A stretch of 64,000 nucleotides of DNA, taken from positions 2,580-66,579 of the forward strand of contig JADFZK010000008.1 in the NCBI GenBank assembly GCA_015232565.1, in the 5' to 3' direction. The stretch is from Candidatus Omnitrophota bacterium. Lineage in GTDB: Bacteria > Omnitrophota > Gorgyraeia > Zapsychrales > Fredricksoniimonadaceae. The first letter of the stretch is position 1; each line of letters begins with the position of its first letter. Shown here piece by piece: positions 37,429-47,278 of the stretch. The notes beneath the pieces were generated by a model. It saw nothing but the letters and a program-made list of their open reading frames with translations, was not told where the DNA came from and made no database searches. A program made the position numbers and the translations under genes.

Positions 37429-38289
37429 ATGAACAAGAACATTGAAGCCTTCCTTAAGCACATGGAGGTTGAAAAGAATTATTCTGTTCATACGATCCTT
37501 AATTACCGGCTTGACCTTGAGGAGTTCTTTACTTTTCTCGGGCATGATCGGGTGGCCGAAGTTGAGTATCCGACCCTGAGGCGTTTTTTGGCGGAATTGC
37601 GCTCTCATGAGCTCAGGCCGCGCAGTGTATCGCGTAAACTTTCGGCCTTGCGGTCTTTCTTCCGGTATTTGCAAAGGGAGGGCTTTATTGCCAAGAATCC
37701 GGCGGCCCTGATAGTAACACCTAAGCTGGACAAGGTCCTGCCGCATTTTATGACGGAGGACGACACCTTGAAGCTGGTGGATTCTTCTTTCGCCGATGAG
37801 AGTTCGGATCTGCGGGATAAGGCGCTTTTTGAGACCATGTATTCAACTGGCATCCGGGTCAGCGAGCTGGTGGGTTTAAGCCAGGACGATATTGATCTGG
37901 TTGGCAATATGATAAAGGTTTTTGGCAAGGGCAAGAAAGAACGTATTGTGCCGATCGGCCAGCCGGCGGTCACTGCGATAGCGGCGTATTTAAAAGCGCG
38001 TCCTTTTAAGAATCAAGCGGTGTTCCTCAACCGTTCGGGCACCAGGCTGTCGGCGCGTAGTGTGCGCAATATCATCAATAAACACATTCACAAGGCGGCT
38101 ATCCAGCAGAAGGTACATCCGCATATGTTCCGGCATTCGTTTGCCACTCATATGCTTAATCGCGGGGCGGACCTGCGGAGTGTCCAGGAGCTGTTGGGTC
38201 ATGTGAATTTATCGACTACCCAGATCTACACTCATTTGACTACCGAGAAGCTCAAGAGTGTTTACGACAAGGCGCATCCGAGGGCATAG
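37429..38289 (+). CDS. xerC: Tyrosine site-specific recombinase XerC/XerD (CodV-like)
   Basis: Catalytic RHRY context (HPHMFRHSFATHMLNRGADLRSVQELLGHVNLSTTQIYTHL). Sits directly after topA as in Firmicute topA-gid-codV synteny. Stop codon TAG forms the first bases of the left inverted repeat. Confidence 0.8.
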   Translation: MNKNIEAFLKHMEVEKNYSVHTILNYRLDLEEFFTFLGHDRVAEVEYPTLRRFLAELRSHELRPRSVSRKLSALRSFFRYLQREGFIAKNPAALIVTPKLDKVLPHFMTEDDTLKLVDSSFADESSDLRDKALFETMYSTGIRVSELVGLSQDDIDLVGNMIKVFGKGKKERIVPIGQPAVTAIAAYLKARPFKNQAVFLNRSGTRLSARSVRNIINKHIHKAAIQQKVHPHMFRHSFATHMLNRGADLRSVQELLGHVNLSTTQIYTHLTTEKLKSVYDKAHPRA

Positions 38290-38440
38290 TGTGGTGATTC
38301 ATATATTTTTTTACATTTAAATCACCACACTGGAGCAATGGAGCAATCGAGAATAGAGAAATAATAAAACATTTAGGCTCCATTGCGGTCAATTTTCGAT
38401 TTTCTAATGCTCTTCAAATGTAAAGAAGCGTTAGACTCAA
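38287..38440. repeat. Left copy of ~155-bp inverted repeat pair (IR-L) with outer 12-bp stem-loop
   Basis: Reverse complement of 49216..49371 at about 90% identity (hand alignment; about 10 mismatches or indels). Contains perfect stem AGTGTGGTGATT/AATCACCACACT (loop about 20 nt) and direct repeat GGAGCAATGGAGCAAT. Confidence 0.85.
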
Positions 38441-38455
38441 CACATTAGGGGACAT

Positions 38456-39718
38456 ATGTTTGTTATTTTCGATGTGATTTTTACGGTTTATTTTATCCTG
38501 TATTTGCCGGTGCTTTTTTTGCGCGGCAAGTGGCCCGCGGGCTTTTTGGAACGGTTTGGTTTTATACCGCCCGAGACCGTCAGGGCGCTGGCGGTCCGTG
38601 AGAATATTTGGGTGCATGCGGTCAGTGTGGGCGAAGTGGCCGCGCTGGAGGGGGTTATCAGGGGGTTACAGGAACGATTCCCTGCCCGGCAGGTGGTGCT
38701 GACTGTTACCACCCGCACCGGATATTCCTTTGCGCGTAGCAAGTACGATCCTCAGGTTATGGTGTTGTGGTCTCCTTTGGATCTGAGTATAACGGTTGAC
38801 AGTTTTGTGCGGGCTATCCGCCCGGTGGTATATGTTGCGGCGGAAACCGAGCTTTGGCCGAATCTTTTTGCGCGCCTGGCGGCTGATAAAATTCCGATCC
38901 TGGTGTTGAATGGCCGCATATCCGACCAGGCTTTTCCGCGTTATTGCTGGGTTAGAGGCTTGTTAAGAAGGACTATTGAGCGGGTCAATATTTTTGGTAT
39001 GCAGAGTGATCTGGATGCCGAGCGTATCATTTCCCTGGGCGCGGCAAAAGAAAATGTCCAGGTTATGGGTAATGTCAAGTTTGACAACTTGCCCGCACAG
39101 GCCGGGTTGGATCCGGGGCTTAAGGGCGCGGGGCCCGGCCAGTTGGTACTGCTCGGCGGCAGTACGCATCCGGGGGAAGATGAATTGTTGCTGGCTGTTT
39201 TTCTGGCCGAAAGAAAGTTGTTCCCGGACCTGCGGCTTATTTTGGTACCCCGCCATCCGGAACGCGCCCTTGTGATCCAGGAGCTGGTCCGTCAGGCGGG
39301 CCTTATTCCGGTTCTGTTTTCTGAACACAGTGGCCTGCCGGGCGCGGATGAGGTTTTGGTGGTTGACCGTATCGGCCAGCTGTTGCGGTTATATTCTTTA
39401 GCGACCGTGGTTTTTGTGGGCAAGAGTCTTACCGCCCAGGGCGGGCACAATATAATTGAACCGGCCATGTTTGCCAAGCCGGTGATCACTGGCGTAAATA
39501 TGCAGAATTTTCGGGATATTACCAAAGCCTTTCTGGCCGGGGAGGCTGTTTGGCAGGTTGTTGATGCTCCGGGCTTGCAGGATGCGGTGCACCGGTTGTT
39601 AGCTGATCCAGACCTGAGGTTGAATATGGGATTGCGCGCACAGCAGGTGATTCGGCGCAATAATGGAGCCACCCGACGTGCGGTGGATCTGGTGGCCGGG
39701 ATGATAAAAGGCAGATGA
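38456..39718 (+). CDS. waaA: 3-deoxy-D-manno-octulosonic acid (Kdo) transferase
   Basis: N-terminal membrane anchor and WVHAVSVGEV motif of KdtA/WaaA. 420 aa. Confidence 0.85.
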   Translation: MFVIFDVIFTVYFILYLPVLFLRGKWPAGFLERFGFIPPETVRALAVRENIWVHAVSVGEVAALEGVIRGLQERFPARQVVLTVTTRTGYSFARSKYDPQVMVLWSPLDLSITVDSFVRAIRPVVYVAAETELWPNLFARLAADKIPILVLNGRISDQAFPRYCWVRGLLRRTIERVNIFGMQSDLDAERIISLGAAKENVQVMGNVKFDNLPAQAGLDPGLKGAGPGQLVLLGGSTHPGEDELLLAVFLAERKLFPDLRLILVPRHPERALVIQELVRQAGLIPVLFSEHSGLPGADEVLVVDRIGQLLRLYSLATVVFVGKSLTAQGGHNIIEPAMFAKPVITGVNMQNFRDITKAFLAGEAVWQVVDAPGLQDAVHRLLADPDLRLNMGLRAQQVIRRNNGATRRAVDLVAGMIKGR

Positions 39719-40773
39719 AAAACGTGGTGGAATACCTTACCGGGATCGCTTTGGGCCGTGAACGCGGACCAGGCGCTTTGTGCCTGGGGCCATTACTGTG
39801 GTGCCTGTCGCTGGTATATGGCGTGGTGGTCTGGGTATATCGCGGACTTTACCAAACGGGGGTTTTAAGGTCATTCCGGGCCGGGGTGCCGGTTATCAGC
39901 GTCGGGAACATTACTGCCGGAGGTACCGGGAAAACGCCTTTTGTGGTCATGCTTTACAAAGTACTCCGGCAAGAAGGCTATCATCCGATGGTGCTGACCC
40001 GTGGATATATGGGCGGGCAATCTGGTTTTAGTGACGAGGCCAGGATGGTCCAGGAATTGATCGGCCCCAAGGTGTTCGTGGGAGCGGACCGGGTCAAGAG
40101 TTTTCAGGCCGCGCTGAAAGCCGGGCCTTTTGATTGTGTGATTCTGGATGATGGTTTTCAGCAATGGGGTTTTAAGCGCGACCTGGATATTGTTTTGCTG
40201 GACAGCCAAAAACCGTTCGGGAACGGAAATTTGATCCCGGGCGGGATCTTGCGTGAGACCGGGTCGGAGTTACGGCGTGCAGATATTATTGTGTTGACCC
40301 GCGCGGATCGGGTGAGCGAAACTGATCTGGCCTTACTGAAAGCCAGATTGAAGAAAGTATTTCCGCGGTCCGCGCAGGCTGTCGGGGTGCATGCATTTTC
40401 TGCGGCGCGGGATGTTTCGGGCGAGTTGAATAACGCGTTGAAAGATCTCTCCGGGCCGGCGGGGGCTTTTTGCGCCATAGGTGATCCGGCGAGTTTTCAA
40501 AGCACTCTGGCTGTTTTGGGAATCGAACTAAAGTTCTTTTCCTCTTTTCCCGACCATTATTCTTTTAATGAAGCGGATGTCCAAAGGATCATTGCGCAAT
40601 GCCGGGAGAAAGATGTAACCCGGGTTTTTATTACCCATAAGGACCTGGTAAAATTGCACGATCACCGGGGTTTGTTTAACGGGATCCGGCTGATCGTTAT
40701 CGACATGGAGTTGGTACTGACGTATGGCAAAACTGAACTCATTTCAAGCGTCCGTCGCCTGCGCAATTCTTAA
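39715..40773 (+). CDS. lpxK: Tetraacyldisaccharide 4'-kinase
   Basis: P-loop ISVGNITAGGTGKTP characteristic of LpxK. Start overlaps the waaA stop. Confidence 0.85.
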   Translation: MKNVVEYLTGIALGRERGPGALCLGPLLWCLSLVYGVVVWVYRGLYQTGVLRSFRAGVPVISVGNITAGGTGKTPFVVMLYKVLRQEGYHPMVLTRGYMGGQSGFSDEARMVQELIGPKVFVGADRVKSFQAALKAGPFDCVILDDGFQQWGFKRDLDIVLLDSQKPFGNGNLIPGGILRETGSELRRADIIVLTRADRVSETDLALLKARLKKVFPRSAQAVGVHAFSAARDVSGELNNALKDLSGPAGAFCAIGDPASFQSTLAVLGIELKFFSSFPDHYSFNEADVQRIIAQCREKDVTRVFITHKDLVKLHDHRGLFNGIRLIVIDMELVLTYGKTELISSVRRLRNS

Positions 40774-42700
40774 GGCGGTTTCATTTTTTATGCAGGCTCT
40801 CCCTCTGGGTTGTGCTCTGTGGATCGGCCGGAGGCTGGGCGAAATAGCTTTCTGGTTAAATCCCGGGAATCGCCGTAAAGTTTATCAGCATATGCGGATC
40901 GCTTTTGGGGCGGATCGTCCGGCCGGCAAGATTACCGCACTGGTTTGGGAGCTTTACCGCAATTATGGCCAGAATATAATCGAGATCGCCCGGTTGTCCA
41001 GGTACGCCGCTTGCGGGCTGGATGAGCAAGTGGATATACAGGGGCGGGAACATGTTGACCGGCTTTTATTGCAAGGCCGCGGGCTCATCTTCTTATCGAT
41101 ACATTCCGGCAACTGGGAATTGTCAAATATGGCCGGCAGTATGCGCGGGCATCCGTACAATATGGTCGCCAATTATCTGGACCATGTTAATAAGGTCGCG
41201 GACTTGCTGGATTCCTGGAGAAAGAGCGGAGGGTGCAAGATCATAAATCCCGGGATCGGTGGCCGGGAGATAATAAAAGCTCTGAAGCGCAATGAAATCG
41301 TTACTTTGGTGGCCGACCAGGGTGGGAGTGACGGATTGCTTTTACCATTTTTTGGCCGCGAAGCGTCCATGTCCACTGGAGCTGTCAGGATCGCACTGAA
41401 ATACGGCGTGCCCATATGCCTGGTGGATATTGCCCGGGTTGGCGGGGCCAAACATCGTTTGCGCGTTTTGCCTTTTGAATTGACGGCTACGAAAGTGGTG
41501 GAACGGGATGTGCATGATAATATGCTCAGGATCGTGGCGCATTTTGAAGCCTGGACCCGGGAGCATCCGGCGGAATATTTATGGTTTTATAAGACCTGGA
41601 AATATGCCCGCGACCGGAGGATATTAATACTGGATGACGGCCGGACGGGACATTTGCGTCAATCCGAAGCCCTGGCGCGGCAAGTTTCGAGCGCTTTTAA
41701 AGAGCGGGGACTTAAGGCCATACTGAATACGGTTACAATAGAGTGGCGTAGCGGGCTGGCTCCGTTGATCCTGGGGGCCTGCTCACTGTTGCGTTTTCTG
41801 GGCGGCGGACTGGGTCTTCTGGCGCTTAAACCGTTCTTGACGGCGGAGAGTTATGCGCTGTTGTGTTCGCTGAAACCGGATGTGGTTATATCTTGCGGCA
41901 ACAAGAATGCCTGGGTTAATGTTTGGGCCGCGGCTGATAACGGAGCGCGCAATATTTGTATTTTGCGCCCGGGGGCTCTTGGCCCAGGCCAAAATGAATT
42001 TGATCTGCTGGTTATGCCCGGGCATGATGTTAAAGGCCGCGTGCCCGCTAACGTGGTGGTTACCAAAGTGGCTCCGAATTTGGTCGATCAGTCTTATTTA
42101 GATGATAATGTGCGGGGTTTGACCAGTCGGTTCTCACATTTGAAATTGCATGGCCGGTCGAGGATCGGGCTCCTGATCGGAGGCGACACCAAAGGTTTGG
42201 TTCTGGGAGAACAGCAGGTGCGCGTGGTTATTCATCAGTTAAAGGAAGCCGCCCAGAAATATAGTGCGGACATCCTGGTAACAACCTCGCGCCGTACCAG
42301 CCCGGCGGTTGAAGCGTTGGTGGCGCGTGAATTCAATGATTTTTCCAGTACGGCACTGATTATCCTGGCCTCCCGGAATAACGTGCCGGAAGCGGTGGGC
42401 GGTATTCTGGGGTTATGCGACCTGGTGGTGGTGTCCGGCGAAAGCGTATCGATGCTCTCGGAAGCGGCATCGTCGGGGAAGAAAGTGATCGTGTTCCCGG
42501 TTGATGGCCCCGACCGCAAGCCGTTGATTAATAAATATTCTGCTTTTGCCGAGATGTTGAGCGCCGGAGGGCATGTGGTTTATGCCCGCACCACCCAGGT
42601 GGCGGATGCCGTGGACCGCTTGTTAAGAGATAAAGTCCGGACAATTTCCCTTGAAGACAACGCGACGCTTTTAGAAGCGGCCAGAAAGATAGTACGATGA
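40724..42700 (+). CDS. Fusion of lipid A late acyltransferase (LpxL/HtrB family) and ELM1/DUF1022-type domain
   Basis: N-terminal half has the lipid-A acyltransferase motif LSIHSGNWELSNM. C-terminal half starts RILILDDGRTGHLRQSEALARQV, typical of the ELM1 (PF06258-like) nucleotide-sugar-binding fold. 658 aa. An alternative start at 40790 avoids overlap with lpxK. Confidence 0.65.
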   Translation: MAKLNSFQASVACAILKAVSFFMQALPLGCALWIGRRLGEIAFWLNPGNRRKVYQHMRIAFGADRPAGKITALVWELYRNYGQNIIEIARLSRYAACGLDEQVDIQGREHVDRLLLQGRGLIFLSIHSGNWELSNMAGSMRGHPYNMVANYLDHVNKVADLLDSWRKSGGCKIINPGIGGREIIKALKRNEIVTLVADQGGSDGLLLPFFGREASMSTGAVRIALKYGVPICLVDIARVGGAKHRLRVLPFELTATKVVERDVHDNMLRIVAHFEAWTREHPAEYLWFYKTWKYARDRRILILDDGRTGHLRQSEALARQVSSAFKERGLKAILNTVTIEWRSGLAPLILGACSLLRFLGGGLGLLALKPFLTAESYALLCSLKPDVVISCGNKNAWVNVWAAADNGARNICILRPGALGPGQNEFDLLVMPGHDVKGRVPANVVVTKVAPNLVDQSYLDDNVRGLTSRFSHLKLHGRSRIGLLIGGDTKGLVLGEQQVRVVIHQLKEAAQKYSADILVTTSRRTSPAVEALVAREFNDFSSTALIILASRNNVPEAVGGILGLCDLVVVSGESVSMLSEAASSGKKVIVFPVDGPDRKPLINKYSAFAEMLSAGGHVVYARTTQVADAVDRLLRDKVRTISLEDNATLLEAARKIVR

Positions 42701-44790
42701 AAATATTGCAGATCCTTCCGGAAATGAATGTTGGCGGTGTGGAGCGGGGCACCCTTGACCTGGCAAAATATATCGCCGCTCACGGGCATGGCTCGGTGGT
42801 GGTTTCCAACGGAGGCACTCTGGTCCCTTTGCTGGAGGCGCAGGGTACCAGGCACTACACTTTGCCGGTGCATCGCAAGAACTTGTGGACCATATGGGAA
42901 AGTGTAAGCGCGCTGGAGAAGATCATTCGTGAGGAGAAGGTGGATATTGTACACGCGCGTTCACGCGTGCCGGCGGTCATAGCTTATTTTGCCTGCCGGA
43001 GGACCGGGGTGGATTTTTTGACCACCTGCCATGGCTATTATTCCCGTAATCTATTCAGCCATGTTATGGGTTGGGGCAAGCTGGTGATCGTTATCAGCGA
43101 GATCGTCGGCCGGCATATGATAGAGCATTTCGGGGTGCAACCGGAGAATGTCCGGCTGATCCATCGTAGTGTTGACCTGGACAAATTCAAGTTCCGTGAG
43201 CGCCAGACCGGTCGGTCGGAGTTTATTGTCACCATTGTCGGCCGTATTAATCCTATCAAGGGCCATACCTATTTTCTGAAAGCGATGGCCAAGGTTATGC
43301 GCCAACAGCCATTTGTGCGGGCGCGGATAATAGGCGATGCTCCGGCCAATAAACAGGCTTATAAAGAAAGCCTGCTTTTGCTGGTTCGTCGGCTGGGTAT
43401 CCAGGATAAAGTTGAGTTCCTGGGGAACCGCAGTGATATTCCGCAATTGCTGGCCGACAGCGACGCCCTGGTGCTTTCCACGGTAACCCAGGAAGCTTTT
43501 GGCCGGGTGATAATAGAAGCCCAGGCCGTAGGGGTTCCGGTGATAGCGGCCAAGGTGGGCGGGGTGGTAGATATTGTGGAGCATGAAAAGACCGGATTGC
43601 TGGTTTTGCCCAAGGATCCCGATGCTATTGCCTCGGCGGTGTTGCGGCTGGTCAGCGATCGTAAGCTGGGAGATGTGATGTGCGCCGAAGCCCGTCGCCG
43701 GGTGGAACAGCGCTTTACCGTTGAGCAGATGGCGCTGAAGACTATTGCGGTTTACGATGAACTTAAGCATTGCCAGAATATCCTGGTGATCAAGCTGAGC
43801 GCGGTGGGCGATGTAATATTGGCAACGGCTTCTTTCAAAGCATTGAGGGAGACTTTTCCCCGGGCGCGTATATGTTGTTTGACTTCCAGGGAGAGTGCGG
43901 TAATTTTACATAATTGCCCGTACCTGGATGATGTGGTGGTTTATGATCACCAGGGCAAGGGCCGGGGGTTGAAAGGTTTCTGGAAGCTGATCGTGCGTTT
44001 GCGCAAGTACCGTTTTGACAAGATCATCGACTTGCAGAACAATCTGCGCACCCATTTACTCGCTTTTCTGTGCATGCCCCAGGCCAGTTATGGCTATCGG
44101 AATAAGAAACTGGGTAAATTGCTTTCTCATGGTATTGCGGACTCCGATCCCCTGATGCCGCCGGTCCAACACCAATTTAACGTGTTGAAAGAACTGGGCG
44201 TGCAGTATCACGACAGTGTCCGTCTTGAGCTTTGGCCTCGCGCCGATGATGTGGCGTATGCCCGGGAGCTGTTGCAGGGCGAGTGGATCGATGAGAAATG
44301 CCACAAGATCGTGGGCATTAATATTGCGGCCTCCGAGCGTTGGGTAACCAAGAATTGGCCAGTTAAGGCTATTGCCGAGTTGTGTGATTTGCTGGCGGCC
44401 GACAATATCCGGGTGATCATTACCGGAATGGAAAAAGACCAGCGTTTTGCCCGGGAGGTCCTGGCTCAGGCCCGGTCCAAGCCGGGGATCGTGGCGGGCA
44501 AGACCACGATTTTACAGCTCGCGGCATTAATCGGGTTTTGTCATGTTTACGTTTCCAGTGATTCAGCTCCTTTGCATATAGCGGCGGCCATGAAGGTGCC
44601 GGTGGTGGCTCTTTTTGGGCCCACGGATCCGGTCCGGCATATTCCTCCGGCGGACAGATTGACTGTAGTGCGCAAGGCAATAGAATGCACGGCTTGTTAC
44701 AGTACTAAATGCCGTAAAGGGACTCTGGCTTGTATGAAAGGCATTACCGCCGCCGAGATCTATGGGGAGATAAAGAAATTCCTGCTATGA
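42697..44790 (+). CDS. Bifunctional glycosyltransferase: GT4 (GT-B) N-terminal domain fused to GT9 heptosyltransferase-like C-terminal domain
   Basis: N-terminus MKILQILPEMNVGGVERGTLDLAKY... and later EAQAVGVPVIA (GT4 E-x7-E region). C-terminal half begins NILVIKLSAVGDVILATASFKALRE, the GT9 heptosyltransferase signature. 697 aa. Confidence 0.75.
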   Translation: MKILQILPEMNVGGVERGTLDLAKYIAAHGHGSVVVSNGGTLVPLLEAQGTRHYTLPVHRKNLWTIWESVSALEKIIREEKVDIVHARSRVPAVIAYFACRRTGVDFLTTCHGYYSRNLFSHVMGWGKLVIVISEIVGRHMIEHFGVQPENVRLIHRSVDLDKFKFRERQTGRSEFIVTIVGRINPIKGHTYFLKAMAKVMRQQPFVRARIIGDAPANKQAYKESLLLLVRRLGIQDKVEFLGNRSDIPQLLADSDALVLSTVTQEAFGRVIIEAQAVGVPVIAAKVGGVVDIVEHEKTGLLVLPKDPDAIASAVLRLVSDRKLGDVMCAEARRRVEQRFTVEQMALKTIAVYDELKHCQNILVIKLSAVGDVILATASFKALRETFPRARICCLTSRESAVILHNCPYLDDVVVYDHQGKGRGLKGFWKLIVRLRKYRFDKIIDLQNNLRTHLLAFLCMPQASYGYRNKKLGKLLSHGIADSDPLMPPVQHQFNVLKELGVQYHDSVRLELWPRADDVAYARELLQGEWIDEKCHKIVGINIAASERWVTKNWPVKAIAELCDLLAADNIRVIITGMEKDQRFAREVLAQARSKPGIVAGKTTILQLAALIGFCHVYVSSDSAPLHIAAAMKVPVVALFGPTDPVRHIPPADRLTVVRKAIECTACYSTKCRKGTLACMKGITAAEIYGEIKKFLL

Positions 44791-45881
44791 AAATACTTCT
44801 CCTGGCCAACCATTTTAATACCGGAGGCATAACCAGTTACCTTTTGACCCTGACCCGGGCTTTTATTGGCCAGGGGCATGAGGTGATAGTGGCTTCATCT
44901 TCCGGCAATATGGTGGCAGAGCTTAAGGCGTCCGGGGCTCGGCACATTGACCTGGCGTTCAACGTGAAATGCGAGGTACATCCCCGGCTTTTATTTCTGG
45001 TCCCTCGCCTGGCCGCTGTGGTGCGGGAAGAAAGAATAGATGTTATTCACGCCCAGACCCGGGTAACCCAGGTATGTGCGGAGCTGGTCTCTCGTTTGTG
45101 CCGGGTAGCTTGTATTTCAACCTGCCATGGTTTTTTTCGTTTTCACTTAGGCCGTAATCTTTGGCCGGCCTGGGGGACTAAGGTGATAGCGATCAGCGCG
45201 CCGGTTAAACAACATTTGCGGCGTGATCTGTACGTTCCGGAAGAAATGATCGCTTTGATCCCTAATGGCGTGGATCTGGCGCGTTTTGTGCCACTTGAGC
45301 CGGAAGAGCGTTCCGTCCTGCGCGGCCGCTGGGGGTTAAAAGATGAGCCTGCCATAGGTATAGTGGCGCGTTTGTCGGATGTGAAAGGGCATCAGTTCCT
45401 TGTTAGGGCCATGCCGGAGATATTGGCCCGGTTCCCCAACGCCAAATGTTTGGTCTTTGGCTCTGGTCCTATGGAAGACGAGCTTAAAAATCTGGTCCAC
45501 GAAAATGGCCTGGACGATAATGTTTTATTTTATCCCGTGATCAATAGGACCTGCGAAGTTCTGCCTTTACTTGATGTGTTTGTTATGCCGTCTTTGCAGG
45601 AAGGTTTGGGGCTTTCGGTGCTGGAAGCTGCGGCGATGGGCTTGCCTGCGGTCGTCAGTCGGGTTGGCGGTTTGCCGGGGGTGGTTCTGGAGGGAGAGAC
45701 CGGCTGGCTGGTGGAACCTCAGGATGTTGCCGGGTTGGCTCGGGCGATCATTTCATTGCTGGCGGATCCGGCAGGTGCTCGTAAAATGGGCGCGCAGGCC
45801 AGGGAATTCGTAGCCCGGAATTTTGCGGCGTCAGTAATGGCGGAGCATACAATGGCGGTTTATAAATCAGCGGCTGGATAA
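44787..45881 (+). CDS. Glycosyltransferase family 4 (GT-B)
   Basis: MKILLLANHFNTGGITSY start (ORF-track start 44730 trimmed to the Met that overlaps the upstream stop). EAAAMGLPAVVSRVGG motif. Confidence 0.75.
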   Translation: MKILLLANHFNTGGITSYLLTLTRAFIGQGHEVIVASSSGNMVAELKASGARHIDLAFNVKCEVHPRLLFLVPRLAAVVREERIDVIHAQTRVTQVCAELVSRLCRVACISTCHGFFRFHLGRNLWPAWGTKVIAISAPVKQHLRRDLYVPEEMIALIPNGVDLARFVPLEPEERSVLRGRWGLKDEPAIGIVARLSDVKGHQFLVRAMPEILARFPNAKCLVFGSGPMEDELKNLVHENGLDDNVLFYPVINRTCEVLPLLDVFVMPSLQEGLGLSVLEAAAMGLPAVVSRVGGLPGVVLEGETGWLVEPQDVAGLARAIISLLADPAGARKMGAQAREFVARNFAASVMAEHTMAVYKSAAG

Positions 45882-45902
45882 ATTTCAAATGGCGGAGAAA
45901 GA

Positions 45903-46280
45903 ATGAAGATATTGATCGTTGACGATGAGACAGATATATCCGAGCTTTATGTGCGGTATTTAAAACGTTCCGGTTTTACCGATACCATGGTGGCGCATAA
46001 TTCCCAGACCGCTATCGAACTTATTGAGAAGGATCGGCCCAACCTGGTGGTGCTGGATATTAGCCTGGGAGCGGATTCCAAGGGCACCGGGATGGATGTC
46101 CTGGCCCGGGTCAGCAAGACAGCGCCCGAGTGCAAGATCTGTATGATGTCTGCGTATCGCGAAGAATATGAAAAGATTTGCCTGGATCTGGGGGCGTATG
46201 TGTTCATTTCCAAACCTTTTCAGCCGGATGTCCTTCTTGAGATCATCAACCGGGCCAGCCAGGCGGGCATGTCAGCATGA
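45903..46280 (+). CDS. Stand-alone CheY-like response-regulator receiver domain
   Basis: MKILIVDDETD (acidic pocket), conserved Asp in LVVLDISLG, and the conserved Lys region. 125 aa with no output domain. Embedded between glycosyltransferase genes. Confidence 0.7.
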   Translation: MKILIVDDETDISELYVRYLKRSGFTDTMVAHNSQTAIELIEKDRPNLVVLDISLGADSKGTGMDVLARVSKTAPECKICMMSAYREEYEKICLDLGAYVFISKPFQPDVLLEIINRASQAGMSA

Positions 46281-47278
46281 ATAACGTTCTGGTCGTTTCG
46301 GTGAACTGGCTGGGAGATGTGGTATTTTCCACCCCTGTTTACCAGAATCTTAAAGCTAATTTTCCTGGTGTGCGGATCACTGCGCTGGCCGTGCCGCGTG
46401 TTCAACCGGTACTGGCTTTATGTCCGCAGGTGGATGAAGTGATAGTTTATGATGAAGACGGCGCCGATCGTTTTTTGCCTGGAAAACTCCGCTTGATCGC
46501 GCGTTTGCGCCAGCACCGGTTTGACGCTGTTTTTTTCCTGCGGCCTTCTTTTTCCCGCGTGAGTTTGGCTTTTCTGGCCGGGATCCCGGTCAGAGTTGGT
46601 TTTAATACCAGGAATTTTCTGGGGCTGATCAATCGTCCGGTAAGTCCGGACGGCGTTGACCAGATGCACCGCCTGGACGGCTACCTGGCTTTGTTGGCGA
46701 GATTCGGGTTAACAATACAAGAACGCACCTGCTTGCTGGCTCCGGATAATGACAGCCGTTTAAAAACGCAAAAGCTTTTATTGTCCAAGGGGATCCGGGA
46801 GAATGAGGATTTTTATGTGTTGAATACCGGAGGTAATTGGGACCTGAAACAATGGCCCGAGGAGTGTTTTGCGGAACTGGCATCCCGGATCAGCCGGGAG
46901 AAAGGCCTGAAAGTAGTGCTTACCGGGGCGGCTGGTGATCGCGACCGGGTAATGCGGATCGCCGCTTTGTCGGGTGGAGCTCCGGTTGAGTTGGCCGGGG
47001 AAACCGATCTGCCCGGTCTGGCCGCAGTGTTCCTTGCCGCCCGGGGAATGATATCGGCGGATTCCGGGCCATTACATTTGGCGTCGGCGCTGGGAGTGCG
47101 TTCGGTGGGCATTTTTGGGCCGACCCGTCCCGAGATCACCGGGCCGCGCGGCCGGGGAGAAAGTGTGGTTTTGATCAGGGATGTAGCCTGCAATAAGGCG
47201 CCCTGTTATTATCTGGAATGTCCGGAGAACCGTTGCATGAAAGCGGTGGAGGTTGATGATGTTATCAAGGTTCTTTAA
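46277..47278 (+). CDS. Glycosyltransferase family 9 (ADP-heptose:LPS heptosyltransferase-like)
   Basis: NVLVVSVNWLGDVVFSTPVYQNLK N-terminal signature. C-terminal GPLHLASALGV..VGIFGPT motif. Confidence 0.75.
   Translation: MNNVLVVSVNWLGDVVFSTPVYQNLKANFPGVRITALAVPRVQPVLALCPQVDEVIVYDEDGADRFLPGKLRLIARLRQHRFDAVFFLRPSFSRVSLAFLAGIPVRVGFNTRNFLGLINRPVSPDGVDQMHRLDGYLALLARFGLTIQERTCLLAPDNDSRLKTQKLLLSKGIRENEDFYVLNTGGNWDLKQWPEECFAELASRISREKGLKVVLTGAAGDRDRVMRIAALSGGAPVELAGETDLPGLAAVFLAARGMISADSGPLHLASALGVRSVGIFGPTRPEITGPRGRGESVVLIRDVACNKAPCYYLECPENRCMKAVEVDDVIKVL

Noticed and set aside
43051-43770. 239-aa minus-strand ORF inside the GT4/GT9 fusion gene
   Set aside because: Antisense shadow ORF with no motifs. 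The plus-strand frame carries clear GT signatures.
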